From Squalus acanthias (Eukaryota), in contig CM059427.1 in the NCBI GenBank assembly GCA_030390025.1, forward strand, positions 20,274,001-20,338,000: DNA of 64,000 bases. The letters run 5' to 3'. Numbering within the stretch: position 1 is the stretch's first letter; each line of letters opens with the position of its first letter. The notes under the pieces were generated by a model that was not told where the DNA came from, did no database searches, and saw nothing but the letters and a program-made list of their open reading frames with translations. Below, piece after piece: positions 55,101 through 61,100 of this stretch. A program made the translations under genes and the position numbers.

Positions 55101-58100
55101 TGGTGAACATGCTGACATTCCTGACACTGTCCTTTTGGAGGATAAATTAGAAACCCCAGATCTTGACCTTGATGCTGATTTAAGGAAGGTTATTAATGTC
55201 AGAGCTAGTTGTTCATTGAGATTATTTGTTCCTATCAGAGGGCGTCCTGCTCCAGAAGTGAAATGGACCAAGGCAGATGGTGAAATAAGGGATACCGCAC
55301 AGATTGAAGTTTCTGAAAGTTATACATTACTTGTAATTGATAATGTTAACAGATATGACTCTGGCAAATACATATTAAATTTAGAAAACAGTAGCGGAAC
55401 AAAATCTGCCTTCATTACTGTGAGAGTCCTTGATACACCAAGCCCACCAATTAATCTTAAAGTAAAGGAGATAACAAAGGATAATGTCACCTTATCCTGG
55501 GAACATCCTCTGTTGGATGGAGGTGCTAAAATTAAGAATTTCATTGTAGAAAAGCGAGAATCAACAAGGAAAGCCTACTCAGCTGTTATCACCAACTGTC
55601 ACAAGACTTCTTTTAAGATAGAACAACTTCAGGAAGGTTGCAATTATTATTTTAGAGTAACTGCTGAAAACGAGCATGGAATTGGATTACCTGCAGAAAC
55701 TGTTGACCCAGTTAAAATATCTGAGGTGCCACAGCCTCCAGGAAAAATAACAGTGGTTGATGTGACAAGAAAGACTGTGTCCCTTAAGTGGGAGAAACCA
55801 GAACATGATGGTGGTAGCAAAATTATCCAGTATATTGTAGAAATGCAAACTAAAGGTAGTGAAAAATGGTTAGCATGTGCTCATGTAAAATCACTTGAGG
55901 CAATAATCAATAGCCTGACACAAGGAGAGGAGTATCTGTTTAGAGTCATGGCAGTAAATGAAAAAGGCAAGAGTGACCCAAGAACTCTTGCAGTGCCAGT
56001 CGTTGCTAAAGATCTAGTGATTGAACCAGATGTCAGACCAGCATTTACTAGTTATAGTGTACAGGTAGGACATGACTTAAAAGTTGAGATCCCTATAGCT
56101 GGACGTCCTAAACCAAAAATTACTTGGACAAAGGATGGTCAGCCACTCAAGCAGACAACTAGAGTCAATGTTATTGATTCTGACAATAATACAGTACTAA
56201 GCATCAAGGAATCAACTAGAGATGATAGTGGATTGTACGGTATCACTGTAGCTAATGTTGTTGGACAAAAGGCAGCATCTATTGAAATAATAACACTTGA
56301 TAAGCCTGGTCCACCAAGTGGCCCTGTAAGGTTTGACACAGTTAGTGCTGAAAGCATCGCAATTTCATGGGATCCACCAAGCTTTACTGGTGGCTGTCAG
56401 ATTACTAACTATGTAGTTGAGAGGAGAGATACAACTACCATAAACTGGGAGATTGTTTCAGCTACAATTGCTAGAACAAGTCTAAAGATAACCAAACTTA
56501 AAACTGGAGCAGAATATCAGTTTAGAATATTCGCCGAAAATAGGTATGGTAGAAGTTTTGCTTTGGATTCTGAGGCAGTTTTAGCACAGTATCCATTTAA
56601 AGAGCCTGGCCCACCAGGTACACCATTCGTAGCAACTGTTACTAAGGACAGCATGGAGGTGCAGTGGCATGAACCAATTAATGACGGAGGTAGCAAAATC
56701 TTGGGATACCATCTTGAGCGCAAAGAAAGAAACAGTATTCTTTGGACAAAAATCAATAGAACCATTATACAGGACACAAGATTTAAGACCACAGGACTTG
56801 AAGAAGGCATTGAATATGAATTCAAAGTATATGCTGAAAATATTGTTGGTATTGGAAAACCCAGCAAAGTGTCTGAATGCTATGTTGCTCGTGATCCATG
56901 TGATCCTCCAGGTTGTCCGGAAGCCATTATCGTAACCAGGAACTCAATATCACTTCAATGGACAAAGCCAGAATACGATGGTGGCAGCATCATTACTGGA
57001 TATATAGTAGAGAAACGTGATTTACCTGAGGGTCGCTGGATGAAGGCAAGCTTTACAAATGTCATTGAAACTCAATTCACTGTAACTGGTCTCACTGAAG
57101 ATGAAAAGTATGACTTCAGGGTTATCGCTAAGAATGCTGCAGGTACAATTAGCAAACCATCTGATAACACAGGGCCAATCACTGCAAAGGATGAAGTTGA
57201 ACCACCTAGAATATCTATGGATCCAAAATACAGAGACACAATAGTGGTTAATGCAGGTGATGCATTTAAGCTAGATGCTGATGTTCATGGCAAACCACTG
57301 CCCATTATCCAGTGGTTCAAAGGTGAAAAGGAAGTTGAAGAATCGGCAAGACTTGAGGTTAAAAATTCTGATTTCAAAGCTTTACTTCATGTTAAGGATG
57401 CAATCAGAGTGGATGGTGGGCAGTACATTCTTCAAGCTTCTAATGTGGCTGGTACAAAATCTGTTCCTATCAATGTAAAAGTGTTGGACAGACCAGGACC
57501 TCCAGCAGGTCCAATCCAAGTTACTGGTGTGACTGCTGAAAAGTGTTCATTATCTTGGGGCTCACCACAACATGATGGTGGAAGTGATATTTCACACTAT
57601 ATTATTGAGAAAAGAGAAACTAGTCGCCTTGCTTGGACTGTTGTGACTTCAGATGTCAAAGCTACTATGCATAAAGTTACCAAGCTTTTGGAAGGTAATG
57701 AATATATCTTCCGTATAATGGCTGTCAACAAGTTTGGTGTTGGTGAACCCTTGGAGTCTGCACCCGTTCTAATGAAGAACCCATTTGTACCTCCTGGTCC
57801 ACCAAAATCTTTGGAAGTGAGCAATATTGCAAAAGACTCAATGACTGTCAGCTGGAATAGACCAGATAACAATGGTGGTAGTGACATTATAGGTTATATT
57901 GTAGAGAAGAGGGACAGGACTGGAATCAGATGGATAAAGTGCAACAAGCATAGAGTAACAGATTTGCGCTTCAGAGTCACAGGACTCGCAGAAGACCATG
58001 AATATGAATTTAGATTATCTGCTGAAAATGCTGCTGGAATTGGTGTACCAAGTCAGCTAACACATTTCTATAAAGCATGTGATCCTGTTTACAAACCTGG

Positions 58101-61100
58101 GCCACCAGCAAATCCACACGTTGCAGACACTACCAAAGATTCGATTGTGCTTGTTTGGGGAAAACCAATTTATGATGGTGGCAGTGACATTCAAGGATAC
58201 ATAGTAGAAATCCGCAAAGCAGATGAGGAAGACTGGGCAATGTGCACGCCACAATCTGGACTACAAGTCACCCGCTTTGAAATTGGAAAACTTACTGAAC
58301 ATCAGGAATACAACATTCGTGTATGTGCCATCAACAAGGTTGGAGTTGGTGAGCCAGCATCAGTACCCGGTACAGTTAAAACAGAAGATAAACTTGAAGC
58401 AGCTGAAATTGAACTTCCAGCAGAGTTAAGAAAAGGAATCACAGTCAGAGCTGGTAATACTGCCAGAATCTTTATACCATTTAAAGGTAGACCAATTCCC
58501 GAGATCAGCTGGTCAAAGGATGAGGGCGAACTACCTGAAAAATCTCAAGTAGAAAAGGGCCTAAATTATACTCAAGTAACAATAGACAACTGTGATAGAA
58601 ATGATGCTGGGAAATATATTCTGACTTTGGTGAACAGCAGTGGTACTAAGTCTGCGTTTGTTACAGTAAAAGTTCTTGACACACCTGGAGCGCCACAAAA
58701 TTTAACTGTAAAGGATATAAGGAAAGAATCAGTTACATTACTGTGGGAACCACCCATTATTGATGGAGGTGCAAAGATTAAAAACTATGTTATTGATAAG
58801 CGAGAATCAACCAGAAAAGCTTATGCTAATATAACTGCTAAATGTAACAAGTGCAGTTTCAAAGCTGAGAATCTCACTGAAGGAGCTACTTATTACTTCC
58901 GAGTGATGGCAGAGAATGAGTTTGGTGTTGGTATACCTGTTGAGACTACGGATGCTGTAAAGACTTCTGAGCCACCTTTACCACCAGGAAAAATCACCCT
59001 TGTTGATGTCACTCAAAAGAGTGTGTCTCTAATTTGGGAGAAGCCCGAACATGATGGAGGTAGCAGAATCATGGGATACTTGGTTGAAATGCAGCCTAAA
59101 GGATCTGACCAATGGGCTGTTGTTACCCAATCCAAGACATGCGATGCAGTAATTCCTGGGCTCAGTTCAGGGCAGGAATATCTCTTCCGTGTAATTGCTT
59201 TCAATGAGAAAGGAAAAAGTGACCCTAGACTCTTGGCTGTGCCAGTGATAGCTAAAGATCAAAGTATTGCACCTGAATTCAGACTCATGTTCAACACATA
59301 TAGTGTCCAGGCCGGGGAGAACCTAAAGGTTGAGGTTCCATTTATTGGCCGTCCTAAACCTAAGATTATATGGATGAAGAATGAGCAGACACTAAAACAG
59401 ACAACAAGAGTTAATGTGGAGGAAGCAGCAACAGCAACAATCCTTTTTATTAAAGAAAGTCACAGAGATGACTATGGGAAGTATTCAGTAAGTGCTTCAA
59501 ATAGTGCCGGGACAGTAACAGAAGAGATTGGCATTATTGTGCTTGATAAGCCAGGTCCTCCAGTTGGACCATTACGATTTGATGAAGTTAGTGCTGATTT
59601 TGTCATAATATCTTGGGATCCACCAGAGTATACTGGAGGCTGTCAAATTAACAACTACATTGTTGAAAAGCGGGACACAACCACTACTGCTTGGCAGCTG
59701 GTGTCTGCAACTGTGGCAAGAACAACTATTAAAGTTAGTAAACTTACCACAGGATCTGAATATCAGTTCAGAATCTTTGCTGAAAATAGATATGGAAAGA
59801 GTTCATCTTTAGATTCTACAGCAGTCATTGCACAGTACCCATACAAACAACCTGGTCCACCAGGTACTCCATTTGTGTCAGCTGCTACAAAGGACACCAT
59901 GATAGTACAATGGAATGAACCAGTGATTGATGGCGGAAGTAACATTTTGGGTTACCATCTTGAACGCAAAGAAAGGAACAGTATTCTTTGGACAAAATTG
60001 AACAAAACAATTATTCAAGATACCCATTACAAGTGTAATAATCTAGAAGAAGGTATTGAATATGAGTTCAGAGTTTATGCAGAGAATATTGTTGGCACTG
60101 GAAAATCTAGCAAGGTGTCTGAATGTTTTGTAGCCCGTGATCCTTGTGATCCTCCTGGCCGTCCTGATGCTGTTGTCATCACAAGAAATTATGTTACTCT
60201 ACAATGGAAAAAACCTCAGTATGATGGTGGTAGCAAAATTACTGGATACGTGGTAGAAAAGAAAGAACTTCCTGATGGCCGCTGGATGAAAGCTAGTTTT
60301 ACCAACATAATTGACACTGAATTTACTATTACTGGATTAACTGAAGATGCAAGATATGAATTTAGAGCAATTGCGAGAAATGCAGCTGGTATTTTCAGTG
60401 AACCATCTGAAAGCACTGGACCAATTACAGCAAGAGATGAAATTGAAGCTCCAAGAGCTTCCATGGACCCTAAGTACAAAGATGTAATAGTTGTTAATGC
60501 AGGGGACAGCTTTGTACTGGATGCTGACATCTATGGTAAACCTGTACCTGATGTAACATGGATCAAAGATGGCAAAGATATTGAAGCAAATGTTGCCAGA
60601 ATGGAGACTAAATCTACCATTCAAAAAACTAGTCTGACTGTCAAGGACTGTATACGAATTGATGGAGGACACTATGTACTTAAGCTCAGTAATGTAGGTG
60701 GAACAAAATCTATTCCAATAACTGTTAAGGTCCTTGATAGGCCTGGTCCTCCTGAAGGTGTTTTGACGGTTTCTGGTGTAACTGCTGAAAAGTGCTACTT
60801 GGCTTGGAACCCACCTTCTCAGGATGGCGGTGCCAATATTTCTCACTACATAATAGAAAAGAGAGAAACTTCCAGACTTTCATGGACACAAGTAGCACCT
60901 AATGTGCAAGCTATTAGTCACAAAGTAACCAAACTTCTTCCGGGTAATGAGTATATATTCCGTGTAATGGCGGTAAACAAATATGGAATCGGTGAACCAC
61001 TGGAATCTGAGCCAATTGTGGCTAAAAACCCATTCCATACACCGAGTGCACCAACAGTGCCTGAGGTTGCAACTATTACGAAAGACTCTATGGTTGTGAC